In this document: piece after piece, positions 1 through 7,313 of the stretch
How positions within the stretch are numbered: the stretch's first letter is position 1
Layout: each line of letters opens with the position of its first letter
DNA from: a virus
Taxonomy: Duplodnaviria > Heunggongvirae > Uroviricota > Caudoviricetes
DNA: 14,385 nucleotides
IMG/VR virus record: IMGVR_UViG_2718217884_000002
Location: 1 to 14,385 of that record
Direction: 5' to 3' (one strand)
The notes under the pieces: generated by a model
What the model was told of the DNA's origin: nothing
Seen by the model: the letters and a program-made list of their open reading frames with translations, nothing else
Database searches by the model: none
Program-made: the position numbers and the translations under genes

Positions 1-201
1 TTACCCATTGGCGCGGCTTAAGAGCTTATTTTTGAATTCACAATGGTCACGATATAACCATCTTGCTCGCCCGTGGATAACTTTGGCTTTAGGCAGGTCT
101 CCGGACTTAATCCGGTCATAGATGAAGGTTTTACCGAAGCCAGTATCAGCCATGATGAATTTCAAATCAACCAGTGAATCAGGCTGTAGTTCGTGTTGCA
201 T
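1..201 (-). CDS. torI: TorI/Xis-type excisionase (recombination directionality factor), 66 aa, AlpA-like winged-helix DNA-binding protein
   Basis: Complete ORF: ATG at 201..199 with GGAG 9 nt upstream, TAA at 3..1. Protein MQHELQPDSLVDLKFIMADTGFGKTFIYDRIKSG... has the Xis/AlpA HTH pattern and is recalled as matching the 66-aa TorI excisionase of KplE1/CPS-53 (memory, not searched). Sits at the opposite end of the element from the integrase. Confidence 0.6.
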   Translation of the reverse strand: MQHELQPDSLVDLKFIMADTGFGKTFIYDRIKSGDLPKAKVIHGRARWLYRDHCEFKNKLLSRANG

Positions 202-246
202 GAGTGCTATCTCCGAATAGGGAATCGAACCTGCAAATCAGGCAAT

Positions 247-268
247 AAAAAACCGCCATCAGGCGGCT
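247..268 (-). terminator. Short hairpin with U-run on the minus strand, between the Zn-ribbon gene and the excisionase
   Basis: CCGCC (253..257) / GGCGG (262..266) with a 4-nt loop; on the minus strand the stem is followed by TTTTTTATT (reverse complement of 243..252). Stem is only 5 bp, so it may be an attenuator rather than a full terminator. Confidence 0.35.
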
Positions 269-347
269 TGGTGTTCTTTCAGTTCTTCAATTCGAATATT
301 GGTTACATTGTTTTCATATATGAATAAATAAATTAGCTTTTTTCGTT

Positions 348-356
348 GCCTTCGCG
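348..356. repeat. Left copy of 9-bp target-site duplication GCCTTCGCG flanking IS1 copy A
   Basis: Identical 9-mer at 348..356 and 1111..1119, directly abutting the IS1 termini. Confidence 0.85.
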
Positions 357-371
357 GGTAATGACTCCAAC

Positions 372-861
372 TTATTGATAGTGTTTTATGTTCAGATAAT
401 GCCCGATGACTTTGTCATGCAGCTCCACCGATTTTGAGAACGACAGCGACTTCCGTCCCAGCCGTGCCAGGTGCTGCCTCAGATTCAGGTTATGCCGCTC
501 AATTCGCTGCGTATATCGCTTGCTGATTACGTGCAGCTTTCCCTTCAGGCGGGATTCATACAGCGGCCAGCCATCACCACGTCAAAGGGTGACAGCAGGC
601 TCATAAGACGCCCCAGCGTCGCCATAGTGCGTTCCCGAATACGTGCGCAACAACCGTCTTCCGGAGCCTGTCATACGCGTAAAACAGCCAGCGCTGGCGC
701 GATTTAGCCCCGACATAGCCCCACTGTTCGTCCATTTCCGCGCAGACGATGACGTCACTGCCCGGCTGTATGCGCGAGGTTACCGACTGCGGCCTGAGTT
801 TTTTAAGTGACGTAAAATCGTGTTGAGGCCAACGCCCATAATGCGGGCTGTTGCCCGGCAT
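372..861 (-). pseudogene. insB: insB of IS1 copy A, disrupted by a 13-bp and a 1-bp deletion
   Basis: The ORF track shows only an 86-aa N-terminal InsB fragment (601..861) beginning [21 protein letters not shown]...; the copy-B equivalent is an intact 167-aa ORF. Alignment of the two copies in this window shows the missing bases. Confidence 0.8.
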
Positions 862-1055
862 CCAACGCCATTCATGGCCATATCAATGATTTTCTGGTGC
901 GTACCGGGTTGAGAAGCGGTGTAAGTGAACTGCAGTTGCCATGTTTTACGGCAGTGAGAGCAGAGATAGCGCTGATGTCCGGCGGTGCTTTTGCCGTTAC
1001 GCACCACCCCGTCAGTAGCTGAACAGGAGGGACAGCTGATAGAAACAGAAGCCAC
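780..1055 (-). CDS. insA: IS1 InsA (91 aa), intact
   Basis: 91-aa [46 protein letters not shown]... with the zinc-finger and HTH typical of IS1 InsA, inside the IS1 boundaries. Confidence 0.9.
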
Positions 1056-1083
1056 TGGAGCACCTCAAAAACACCATCATACA

Positions 1084-1275
1084 CTAAATCAGTAAGTTGG
1101 CAGCATCACCGCCTTCGCGTTCTTTATTAATTTTGACAAAATCGTTTTTACCACGCTCTCCAAATGCGTCTTTAGAGTCGTTGTATCCGCAATCGCAGCA
1201 CACATAATCATCAGACCATCCACGCATTGTTTTTTCTTTTGCAATATTTCCAGAACCGCATTTTGGACAAGACAT
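1084..1275 (-). CDS. Small zinc-ribbon protein (CPKCG...CCDCGY), C-terminus rewritten by the IS1 insertion
   Basis: ATG at 1275..1273 preceded by GGAGG 7 nt upstream; the 11 N-terminal residues in the ORF track are read-through of the RBS region. Two Cys pairs (CPKC, CDCG). The frame now runs 8 codons into IS1 (GDAANLLI, stop at 1084). Joining the flanks across the duplication gives a native end ...KEREGNEKS with stop at 335..333. Confidence 0.5.
   Translation of the reverse strand: MSCPKCGSGNIAKEKTMRGWSDDYVCCDCGYNDSKDAFGERGKNDFVKINKEREGGDAANLLI
1111..1119. repeat. Right copy of 9-bp target-site duplication GCCTTCGCG flanking IS1 copy A
   Basis: Identical to 348..356. Confidence 0.85.
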
Positions 1276-1371
1276 ATCACTACCTCCAAAGCATGAGTGA
1301 GATGACAACGTAACATTGATTGGAGATTAACAATAGATTGCTGATGTAAAAGATATGTATAAGCTTCGCTT

Positions 1372-2022
1372 TCAAAGTGGAGGCTCTGGTAGCGGCATCC
1401 AGTGAGTTACGTCATCCAAGATATTTCCTGATAAATACGTGAAAGCTCTATATTTTTTGTAATCAATTGGATTTACAACCCAGTTCCAATATGCGGCCAC
1501 GATTTCACCTTGACTAAATGCCAGTAACATTTTGGTGTCTTCCGGCATTCGCTCACTACAGCCAATCCAACCATCAGGAGTAACCGGAGAGTTGCCACCG
1601 GGAATATTTTCCGGAATATTTTGTTGTGCGTTTTGTGGTTGTTCGGATTTACCCTGAAGCATGGCAGCACGGCAGGCGTTCCAGCCAGCTGTTCGCCCAA
1701 GCGCGTAAACTTCAGATGGCTCAAGATAATCAATGTCCTGCCCGTCCTCATCGTCGTTCTCAGGTAATGCAGCAGGTACTACCGGTACTGGCGGGGCGGC
1801 GTAGACTTCAATTGTCCCATTATCAATAGGCCACTCCCCATCCTTGATGTAGTCACTTGTGCCGTCAACTTGCTGTTCAGCAATGTGGAATGCACCAACT
1901 GGCTCTGCCTCAAGCGAGGCCAGTGCAATTCGTGCCAGTTCCATTTGTTCGCCACGGGTAAGCCCGTTTTCAAGCGGGGATTTAATGAACAATTCGATAC
2001 GTTCTTTAGTGATAGTGCTCAT
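1372..2022 (-). CDS. DUF551-family prophage protein (about 216 aa)
   Basis: Start ATG 2022..2020 with AGGAGA upstream, 1 nt after the stop of the preceding gene. C-terminal region (...DGWIGCSERMPEDTKMLLAF...THWMPLPEPPL) resembles the DUF551 domain common in enterobacterial prophage early regions (recall). Confidence 0.55.
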   Translation of the reverse strand: MSTITKERIELFIKSPLENGLTRGEQMELARIALASLEAEPVGAFHIAEQQVDGTSDYIKDGEWPIDNGTIEVYAAPPVPVVPAALPENDDEDGQDIDYLEPSEVYALGRTAGWNACRAAMLQGKSEQPQNAQQNIPENIPGGNSPVTPDGWIGCSERMPEDTKMLLAFSQGEIVAAYWNWVVNPIDYKKYRAFTYLSGNILDDVTHWMPLPEPPL

Positions 2023-2023
2023 A

Positions 2024-2746
2024 TCACTCTCCTTTGATGCGAATGCCAGCGGCGCGGATAGATTTCCATTGTTTCCACATTCGGTTGAAGTCTGTGCCTG
2101 ATAAGGTTGCGTTACGGTATCCAGTTTCGGTGCGCAATCCTTCAAGCGTCGATTTGGAGATACAAATTGAATGCATTACCCATGATTCAAACAAATCACG
2201 CTCACGGGCTTCGCAACTTTGCTTACTCATCTCTTCGATACGTTCAGCCATCGCAGCACACTCTTCAAAGTTGCTTAATGCTTTTCGCTCCCATTCGGCG
2301 CATTGTTTTTCCAGTTCTGCAATGCGCTTACTTCCATCCGCGATTACTCCCTCGTAATATTCACGCTGCTCGTTGAGTTTTGATTTTGCTGCTTCAAGCT
2401 CAACGCGCAGCTTCCCTACCGTTAACACAATCTCCTCGTTCTCCTGGTCGCGGCGTTTGATGTATTGCTGGTTTCTTTCCAGCTCATCCAGCAGCGCCAA
2501 GACGGTAGCGGGATTGGCTGCGGCGATGAATTCAGCATTGGCCTGCTGTTCCATTTGGAAATCTTCATCGAAACCGCTTTCTGGATGCGCTCCTTCAATT
2601 CTGCAAATGGGAAGATATCCAACAACTTCACGATGAATTAGTGCATCACCAGCATCAAATCTCTCCTCTCCATATTCGAGCGACCACACACCACACGTTG
2701 CTTTTTCTGCCGCTTCACGCAGTGCCTGATAGTCAATCTTGTTCAT
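2024..2746 (-). CDS. Ead/Ea22-like early-left protein (240 aa), coiled-coil rich
   Basis: ATG 2746 with GGTGA 6 nt upstream; N-terminus MNKIDYQALREAAEKATCG... and central heptad-rich region resemble the Ea22-like family of lambdoid prophages (recall). Confidence 0.55.
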   Translation of the reverse strand: MNKIDYQALREAAEKATCGVWSLEYGEERFDAGDALIHREVVGYLPICRIEGAHPESGFDEDFQMEQQANAEFIAAANPATVLALLDELERNQQYIKRRDQENEEIVLTVGKLRVELEAAKSKLNEQREYYEGVIADGSKRIAELEKQCAEWERKALSNFEECAAMAERIEEMSKQSCEARERDLFESWVMHSICISKSTLEGLRTETGYRNATLSGTDFNRMWKQWKSIRAAGIRIKGE

Positions 2747-2747
2747 G

Positions 2748-3047
2748 TCACATCACCCTGAAGCCGTTGCATTTACGTAAGAAATCGCAGATATAGCCCT
2801 TCATTTTTTCATGCCAATCTCGATCATTCCCATTGCACCACCCATCAGGTGGAGTCCAGTTTTCTATCAGAGCAGCCATTTTCTTTGCTTTCGCCGGAGT
2901 AGCTGTTGCGGTATCGCAGTAATGACGAGTGTCAACAAACTTATCCATGCCATCGATATCAAGTACGCAAAACCATGTGTGATTCGGAATTCCTACAGGT
3001 GGTATTTGTTGCCCACGTCGGCGTTTATCAATGAGATATACACTCAC
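2748..3047 (-). CDS. Hypothetical early-left protein (99 aa)
   Basis: GTG start at 3047 with a strong AAGGAGG 6 nt upstream; start overlaps the stop of the upstream gene (GTGA). No family recognised. Confidence 0.5.
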   Translation of the reverse strand: MSVYLIDKRRRGQQIPPVGIPNHTWFCVLDIDGMDKFVDTRHYCDTATATPAKAKKMAALIENWTPPDGWCNGNDRDWHEKMKGYICDFLRKCNGFRVM

Positions 3048-3493
3048 TGGTTACCTCCTTTGCGAAGCTCTGCGGCGAACTCGTTAAGTGATATGTAGCA
3101 ATCTCCAAATGTTAACGAACCGCTCGACTGCATATGCTCCATAGCCATCTCCACGCCCTGCGCCCGTACTTCAGCCAGGAAAGCATCGGTGGCTGGGGTT
3201 TCAGTAACATCATCTTCCCATTCGCTAAACTCCTCACGACAAAAGTCATTAAATTCCTTCTCAGATTGCTTAAGCGAGGTATTTTCAGCAGCCATCTTCG
3301 CGCATTTAGCCTCAAGGTTATCAATCGTGATTCCAGCAGAACGACACTCCCGCAACGCCGTTTCTAGTTTTGATTCAAGTTCACCGAACTTACGCACCAG
3401 ATATTCAGCGTTTGTTTCGTTAACCTTTAAATCTCGGGGGATGCATTTACCTTTCAGAAAACCATCCATCTCAATTAGTGACATTTGTTTCAT
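3044..3493 (-). CDS. Hypothetical coiled-coil early-left protein (149 aa from [12 protein letters not shown]...)
   Basis: ATG 3493 with GGAG 9 nt upstream, overlapping the stop of the upstream small ORF (ATGA). No family recognised. Confidence 0.5.
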   Translation of the reverse strand: MKQMSLIEMDGFLKGKCIPRDLKVNETNAEYLVRKFGELESKLETALRECRSAGITIDNLEAKCAKMAAENTSLKQSEKEFNDFCREEFSEWEDDVTETPATDAFLAEVRAQGVEMAMEHMQSSGSLTFGDCYISLNEFAAELRKGGNQ

Positions 3494-3654
3494 TTCTTCC
3501 CACTCCGCCACATTGCATTCAGATATTTGTTGTCATTAACAGAGCCGAAACTATTTCTCTTAAGCAATTCCTCTCTCGATGGCATTGGCTTTACGCGTTG
3601 GCGAATAATCATTTCTGCCGGAAGAATGCCGGGATTGTATGCAAGTCCTCTCAT
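3490..3654 (-). CDS. Small hypothetical protein (54 aa, [32 protein letters not shown]...)
   Basis: ATG 3654 with GAGGA 7 nt upstream; translationally coupled to neighbours on both sides. The longer 104-aa ORF in the track is probably an unsupported N-terminal extension. Confidence 0.4.
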   Translation of the reverse strand: MRGLAYNPGILPAEMIIRQRVKPMPSREELLKRNSFGSVNDNKYLNAMWRSGKK

Positions 3655-3664
3655 GGTAAATTCC

Positions 3665-3958
3665 TCAGTCATTACTGATAGCGCCATAGCGTGAGCGGTA
3701 ATTACGCAGGCGCGGGTCAATTTCAGGGAAGTGGGTATATGTGGCTTTGCGGAATGGTCGGATTGATATCTGGTAAATTCGCTCGCGTTCTTCTTTCTCT
3801 GCAAGCCATATACAATAGCGAAATTCCTTTTCCTCTTTCGTTTCCTGCGGTAGAGACATTATTCGATCGTAGTTTTTTCTGAATTTATCCAGCACCTCCG
3901 ATACGGAATTGCCGGAACAGCGGCGCGGGTCATCCGCACCATACAGAGGCGCTGGCAT
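3665..3958 (-). CDS. Hypothetical early-left protein (97 aa)
   Basis: ATG 3958 with AAGGA 8 nt upstream; same strand and tight spacing as neighbours. No family recognised. Confidence 0.45.
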   Translation of the reverse strand: MPAPLYGADDPRRCSGNSVSEVLDKFRKNYDRIMSLPQETKEEKEFRYCIWLAEKEERERIYQISIRPFRKATYTHFPEIDPRLRNYRSRYGAISND

Positions 3959-3981
3959 AATTAAATCCTTATTTTTCTAAA

Positions 3982-4365
3982 TCAGAATGGGATGGAATCG
4001 TCGTATACAGGATGATTTTGATGATTGCTACTTTGCTGCTGTTGGCTGTTTCCTGAAGTTGCAAATCCAATCTTTGCATTCAGTAATTCAAGAGTGATTG
4101 ATTGACCATTTTGCCCCTGATAAACATCAACCCTGATGTTTTCTCCGGTAATTTCCACAATTCCACCTTCAACAAGAACACTACGGTAGTAATCCGCTTG
4201 CGCTCCCGGCTTGGCAAATACAACGGCGCTGTAGTTTGTCCATTCTTTCTTTTTTGTCTGGCGATCGTAATACTGAACGCCAGCACGGATGTTGAATCCG
4301 ATATTTTCCCCGGCCTGAAACTCTCTTGCGGGCTTGTTTAGTCTTACAGTAATCGAATGTGCCAT
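3982..4365 (-). CDS. ssb: Phage single-stranded DNA-binding protein-like (127 aa) with acidic C-terminal tip ...YDDSIPF
   Basis: ATG 4365..4363 with AAGGAG 10 nt upstream, overlapping the upstream stop (TAATG). OB-fold-like core (KEWTNYSAVVFAKPG...LVEGGIVEITGE) followed by a Q/S-rich linker and a DDSIPF tail resembling the bacterial SSB C-terminal DDDIPF motif (established knowledge). Confidence 0.6.
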   Translation of the reverse strand: MAHSITVRLNKPAREFQAGENIGFNIRAGVQYYDRQTKKKEWTNYSAVVFAKPGAQADYYRSVLVEGGIVEITGENIRVDVYQGQNGQSITLELLNAKIGFATSGNSQQQQSSNHQNHPVYDDSIPF

Positions 4366-4577
4366 TAAGCAGCCGCTCCTTCTAATTCGTCTCGTCTGAT
4401 GTTGTAAACGTCCTGCGCTTTGTGCTGCTCCGGTGTGCCTTCGAGCATCTTCCACGCTTTGGCGAACGCCTGTTTAAGCTCTTCCACGGTGTTTTTCTGC
4501 AATGCTGCGTCAGTGAATGCTTTTAGAACCTGTTCTGATGCGGCTAACTTTGAAGCAAGGCTCGACACCTTTAAAGC
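4365..4577 (-). pseudogene. 5'-truncated remnant of an early-left gene, possibly the C-terminus of a recombinase that normally precedes ssb
   Basis: Frame opens only 3 codons above a GTG at 4568 with no usable RBS; the remnant ends TAA overlapping the ssb ATG. Sits exactly at the predicted deletion junction. Recombinase identity is inference from typical phage gene order only. Confidence 0.3.
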
Positions 4578-4578
4578 T

Positions 4579-4845
4579 CAAACATTCCTTCCTATGGTGC
4601 AGTCCCTGAAGGGTATGGGCGCTCTTTCAGATGCTGAGGGTAAAAAACTATCCGATGCGGTTGGTGCCCTAAGTCCCAAAATGAGTGAAAAGGCTTTTCG
4701 TGACTCTATCGGAAAGATTAGAAATCAGCTTGAAAGCAAGTTGAGCACTGTTAAAAAACAGTTTGATTATCAGGAGCCGGTGCAGAATATGCCAGGGCAA
4801 CAATCTACTACTGGCAGTAACTTTTCTTCACTATGGGGTGATTAA
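4579..4845 (+). pseudogene. 5'-truncated 3' remnant of a virion ejection (DNA-transfer) protein gene
   Basis: Protein-like reading (...FKAQTFLPMVQSLKGMGALSDAEGKKLSDAVGALSPK...) with no plausible start or RBS; its stop TAA overlaps the next ATG (TAATG at 4843..4847). Ejection-protein assignment is from position upstream of the tailspike only. Confidence 0.3.
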
Positions 4846-5744
4846 TGGCTAAAGCATGGAAAGATGTTATCGCCTCTCCACAGTATCAGGCGTTAGCACC
4901 AGAACAAAAAGCGCAGGCTCAGGAGCAATACTTCAATGAAGTCGTGGCCCCGCAAGCCGGAGAAAATGCAGAGCAGGCTAAGCAAGCTTTCTATGCTGCC
5001 TATCCATTGCCATCTGTGCAGCAAGTGGAGACACAGCAACCAGTAGCACAGCAACAACCACAGCAAAGTGGATTTATGTCTGATCTTGGCGAAGCAGTAA
5101 AAGAGACTGGCCGCGGACTGGTGCAGGCTGGCGTGAACGTGGCAAACATACCTGCATCAGTTGCAGATGCTGTAACAAGCGCGGCGGCTTGGGCTGGCGG
5201 TAAACTCGGAATTGGCGATGGGACATATCACCCTGCGCCACGAGTAACAACGCAGGGATTAGAGCAGGACTTTGGCCTTCAGCAAGGCGCGCTGACTCCA
5301 CAAACTACAGAGGGAAGGGTATTTGCTGAGGCATTGCCTTACCTCACTCCTGCTGGCATTGAGAGAGCGGCAACACAGGCACCAACACTCGCTGGTAGAA
5401 TCGCTCAGGGTGCAACTCGCCTTCTCGCTGAAAACGCAGTCGGGTCACTTGCTGCAAATAGTGCGAAAGATGATGCGGAAGCACTCGCTACCGATTTAGG
5501 CGTTGGCGTTCTGGCTGGCGGCGCTATTAACGCTGCCGGACGTGGATTAGGCGCTGCTTATCGTGGCGTTCGTGGTGCTATTGCACCAGAAGCGCAGCAA
5601 GCTATCAGATTTGCAGAGCGTGAAGGAGTGCCTCTGCACACCACAGACCTGTTACAGCCTACTTCCCGCGTCGGAAAAATGGCGCAAACGACAGCAGAAA
5701 ATATCCCCCTGGCTGGCACAAGCGGAATGAGAGCAACGCAATAG
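4845..5744 (+). CDS. Ejection/internal virion protein-like, A/Q/G-rich (299 aa)
   Basis: ATG 4845 coupled to the upstream remnant. Low-complexity A/Q/G-rich composition and location two genes upstream of a P22-type tailspike fit the gp20/gp16-like ejection proteins of P22-like phages (synteny inference). Ends at TAG 5742..5744, in frame with the next ORF. Confidence 0.45.
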   Translation: MAKAWKDVIASPQYQALAPEQKAQAQEQYFNEVVAPQAGENAEQAKQAFYAAYPLPSVQQVETQQPVAQQQPQQSGFMSDLGEAVKETGRGLVQAGVNVANIPASVADAVTSAAAWAGGKLGIGDGTYHPAPRVTTQGLEQDFGLQQGALTPQTTEGRVFAEALPYLTPAGIERAATQAPTLAGRIAQGATRLLAENAVGSLAANSAKDDAEALATDLGVGVLAGGAINAAGRGLGAAYRGVRGAIAPEAQQAIRFAEREGVPLHTTDLLQPTSRVGKMAQTTAENIPLAGTSGMRATQ

Positions 5745-5759
5745 GAAGCGAGAAGCCAG

Positions 5760-6842
5760 TTGGTTCAGAGATTTGCTGATAAATTCGGTGAGTATGATCC
5801 AGCGGTTGTTATTGACAGCCTTAAAGCGAAAACATCAGGAATTCGTCGCGCTGCAGGAAATCGACTGGAGCAGGTTCAGAATGCTATGGCGGGAATAAAC
5901 ATTCAGCCTGCAAGAGCAATTCAGCAGATTGATACAGAAATATCTAACCTGCAGAAGCTTGGTAAGGTTGCTGATAACGAGACTATTTCAAAACTTCAGT
6001 CCTATCGTGATGAGCTTGTTCGCAATGCTGGTCCTGATGGTCCGGTAAATCTGGATTTGAAGCAATTAAGCGATCTGCGCAGCCAGTTCAGAATGGACGT
6101 GAAGGGGGAGCGACCAGTGTTACCAAACCGTTCCGATGCTGCCATTCAGCGCGTTTACAAGGCAATGACCGACGATATCAATGGTGCCATTGGTCAGAAT
6201 CTTGGCAACGATACTCTCCGTAAATATCAGCAGGCCAATGCCGTCTACGCTGACGAAGCGGCGAAACTAAAGAATACCAGGCTGAAGAATGTTCTCATGA
6301 AAGGCGACCTGACGCCGGAAGTTGTCAACAACATGCTATTCAGCAAGAACAAATCGGAAATTAAGACTCTCTATAACTCAGTTGGTCGTGTTGGCAGGGC
6401 GCAAATGCGCAATGGCATCATTGGAAAGGCGATGGAGAAATCAGGTGGTTCCCCTGACCAGTTCCTTCGGCAGCTTAACATCCTGCAAAACCAGACTGGC
6501 ATCACATTTAAAGGTCAGGAAGCCGCTTATCTGAAAGGATTGAAAAACTACCTGCAATCCACGCAGCAGGCTGCAAAAGCGGCAGTAACAACACCCACAG
6601 GGCAGCAAACTATCCCGTTCATTATTGGGTATGGGACGGCAATGAACCCGGCGACAACTGGCGCAGCAGTAAGCTACGGACTTCTTACTCGCGCCTATGA
6701 GAGCGAGCCATTCAGAAATGCAATGCTCCGAATGGCAAACACCCCACGCGGATCAACAGCGTTCGAGAAAGCCATGCAGCAGGCACAAAAGGCCATTAAC
6801 GCCCTGACTCAGGGGGCTAAGTCTGATGCGCTGTCAGAATAG
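5760..6842 (+). CDS. Ejection/internal virion protein-like (360 aa), possibly the downstream part of one gene interrupted by an amber codon
   Basis: Same reading frame as 4845..5744, separated by a single TAG and 5 codons. The only start is TTG at 5760 with a poorly spaced GGAAG; the first in-frame ATG is about 40 codons in. Confidence 0.4.
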   Translation: MVQRFADKFGEYDPAVVIDSLKAKTSGIRRAAGNRLEQVQNAMAGINIQPARAIQQIDTEISNLQKLGKVADNETISKLQSYRDELVRNAGPDGPVNLDLKQLSDLRSQFRMDVKGERPVLPNRSDAAIQRVYKAMTDDINGAIGQNLGNDTLRKYQQANAVYADEAAKLKNTRLKNVLMKGDLTPEVVNNMLFSKNKSEIKTLYNSVGRVGRAQMRNGIIGKAMEKSGGSPDQFLRQLNILQNQTGITFKGQEAAYLKGLKNYLQSTQQAAKAAVTTPTGQQTIPFIIGYGTAMNPATTGAAVSYGLLTRAYESEPFRNAMLRMANTPRGSTAFEKAMQQAQKAINALTQGAKSDALSE

Positions 6843-6931
6843 CTTCGCAAACACCAGGAACGTGCAAAAACCAAATATGTAGAACGCAATATTCAGCATA
6901 TCTCTTTGCATAAATCCTCCGTAATGGATGG

Positions 6932-7192
6932 TTATCTGCTGTCTTTTTTATATAGCTTCTTGAGCGTATCAAAGACAATTTTCTTAACCATATCAGATTG
7001 TTGTTCTGCCATACGCTCTGCATCGTCAATGTAAACTGATGCAGAGCTTTGTTTAGCCAACGATTCTTCAATCGCTGCAATTATCTCTGAGTTCAGCGAT
7101 CTGTTATTCATCTTCGCACGCTGCTTAATTTTCGCGTGGAGTTCATGCGGAAGTCTCAAGTGAAACTGCGCCTCGTCGTATTTGCTGTACAT
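6932..7192 (-). CDS. mnt: Mnt-like ribbon-helix-helix repressor (Arc/MetJ family), 86 aa
   Basis: ATG 7192 with GGTGAGG upstream. ...YDEAQFHLRLPHELHAKIKQRAKMNNRSLNSEIIAAIEESL...DDAERMAEQQSDMVKKIVFDTLKKLYKK aligns along its length with phage P22 Mnt as recalled (FNFRMP...NGRSMNSE...NDAERLADEQSELVKKMVFDTLKDLYKK). Divergent from the tailspike, as in the P22 immI region. Confidence 0.7.
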   Translation of the reverse strand: MYSKYDEAQFHLRLPHELHAKIKQRAKMNNRSLNSEIIAAIEESLAKQSSASVYIDDAERMAEQQSDMVKKIVFDTLKKLYKKDSR

Positions 7193-7265
7193 CCTTGATG
7201 CCTCACCAGTTGGGTGGAATGGCATCGTAACCTACTGGATAAATACTCAATAGTACCATTTCGGT

Positions 7266-7296
7266 ATGCAATCACATCATGGTTGCATCATATCAT
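7266..7296. promoter_or_regulatory. Candidate operator/promoter: palindrome ATGCAA-N11-TTGCAT overlapping direct repeats ATCACATCAT / ATCATATCAT, 18-48 bp upstream of the tailspike ATG
   Basis: ATGCAA 7266..7271 and TTGCAT 7283..7288; ATCACATCAT 7271..7280 and ATCATATCAT 7287..7296; TATCAT (7291..7296) is a possible -10. In the divergent mnt-tailspike intergenic region. Confidence 0.25.
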
Positions 7297-7313
7297 TCGT
7301 CTGGAGCAATGAA

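Larger units (their letters stand above)
357..1110 (-). mobile_element. IS1 copy A, 754 bp, both terminal inverted repeats intact, internally deleted and non-autonomous
   Basis: Ends GGTAATGACTCCAACTTATTGATAGTG... (357) and ...CAGTAAGTTGGCAGCATCACC (1110) are the IS1 terminal repeats. insA is intact, insB is broken. Relative to copy B it lacks about 13 bp near 575/576 and 1 bp near 634 (754 vs 768 bp). Confidence 0.9.

Noticed and set aside
221-231. Minus-strand motif GGTTCGATTCC resembling a tRNA T-loop, as would be found in a tRNA-derived att core
   Set aside because: The flanking bases do not form a T-stem or acceptor stem and no CCA follows; it overlaps the excisionase upstream region, and the expected att sites for this element lie outside the window.
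406-707. Plus-strand ORFs 406..606 and 471..707
   Set aside because: Antisense reading frames inside IS1, opposite the known insA/insB genes; no RBS and composition not protein-like.
872-1316. ORFs 872..1084 and 1089..1316 on the minus strand
   Set aside because: Alternative-frame shadows of insA and of the Zn-ribbon gene.
1473-2376. ORFs 1473..1751, 1626..1829, 1779..1973, 1859..2101, 2034..2357, 2107..2376
   Set aside because: Overlap the DUF551 and Ea22-like genes in other frames or on the opposite strand; no independent start signals.
5074-5301. Minus-strand ORF 5074..5301 (75 aa)
   Set aside because: Antisense shadow inside the A/Q-rich ejection-protein gene; low-complexity translation.
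6817-7080. Minus-strand ORF 6817..7080 (87 aa)
   Set aside because: Overlaps the Mnt-like gene in another frame; Mnt has the recognisable domain and the better RBS.
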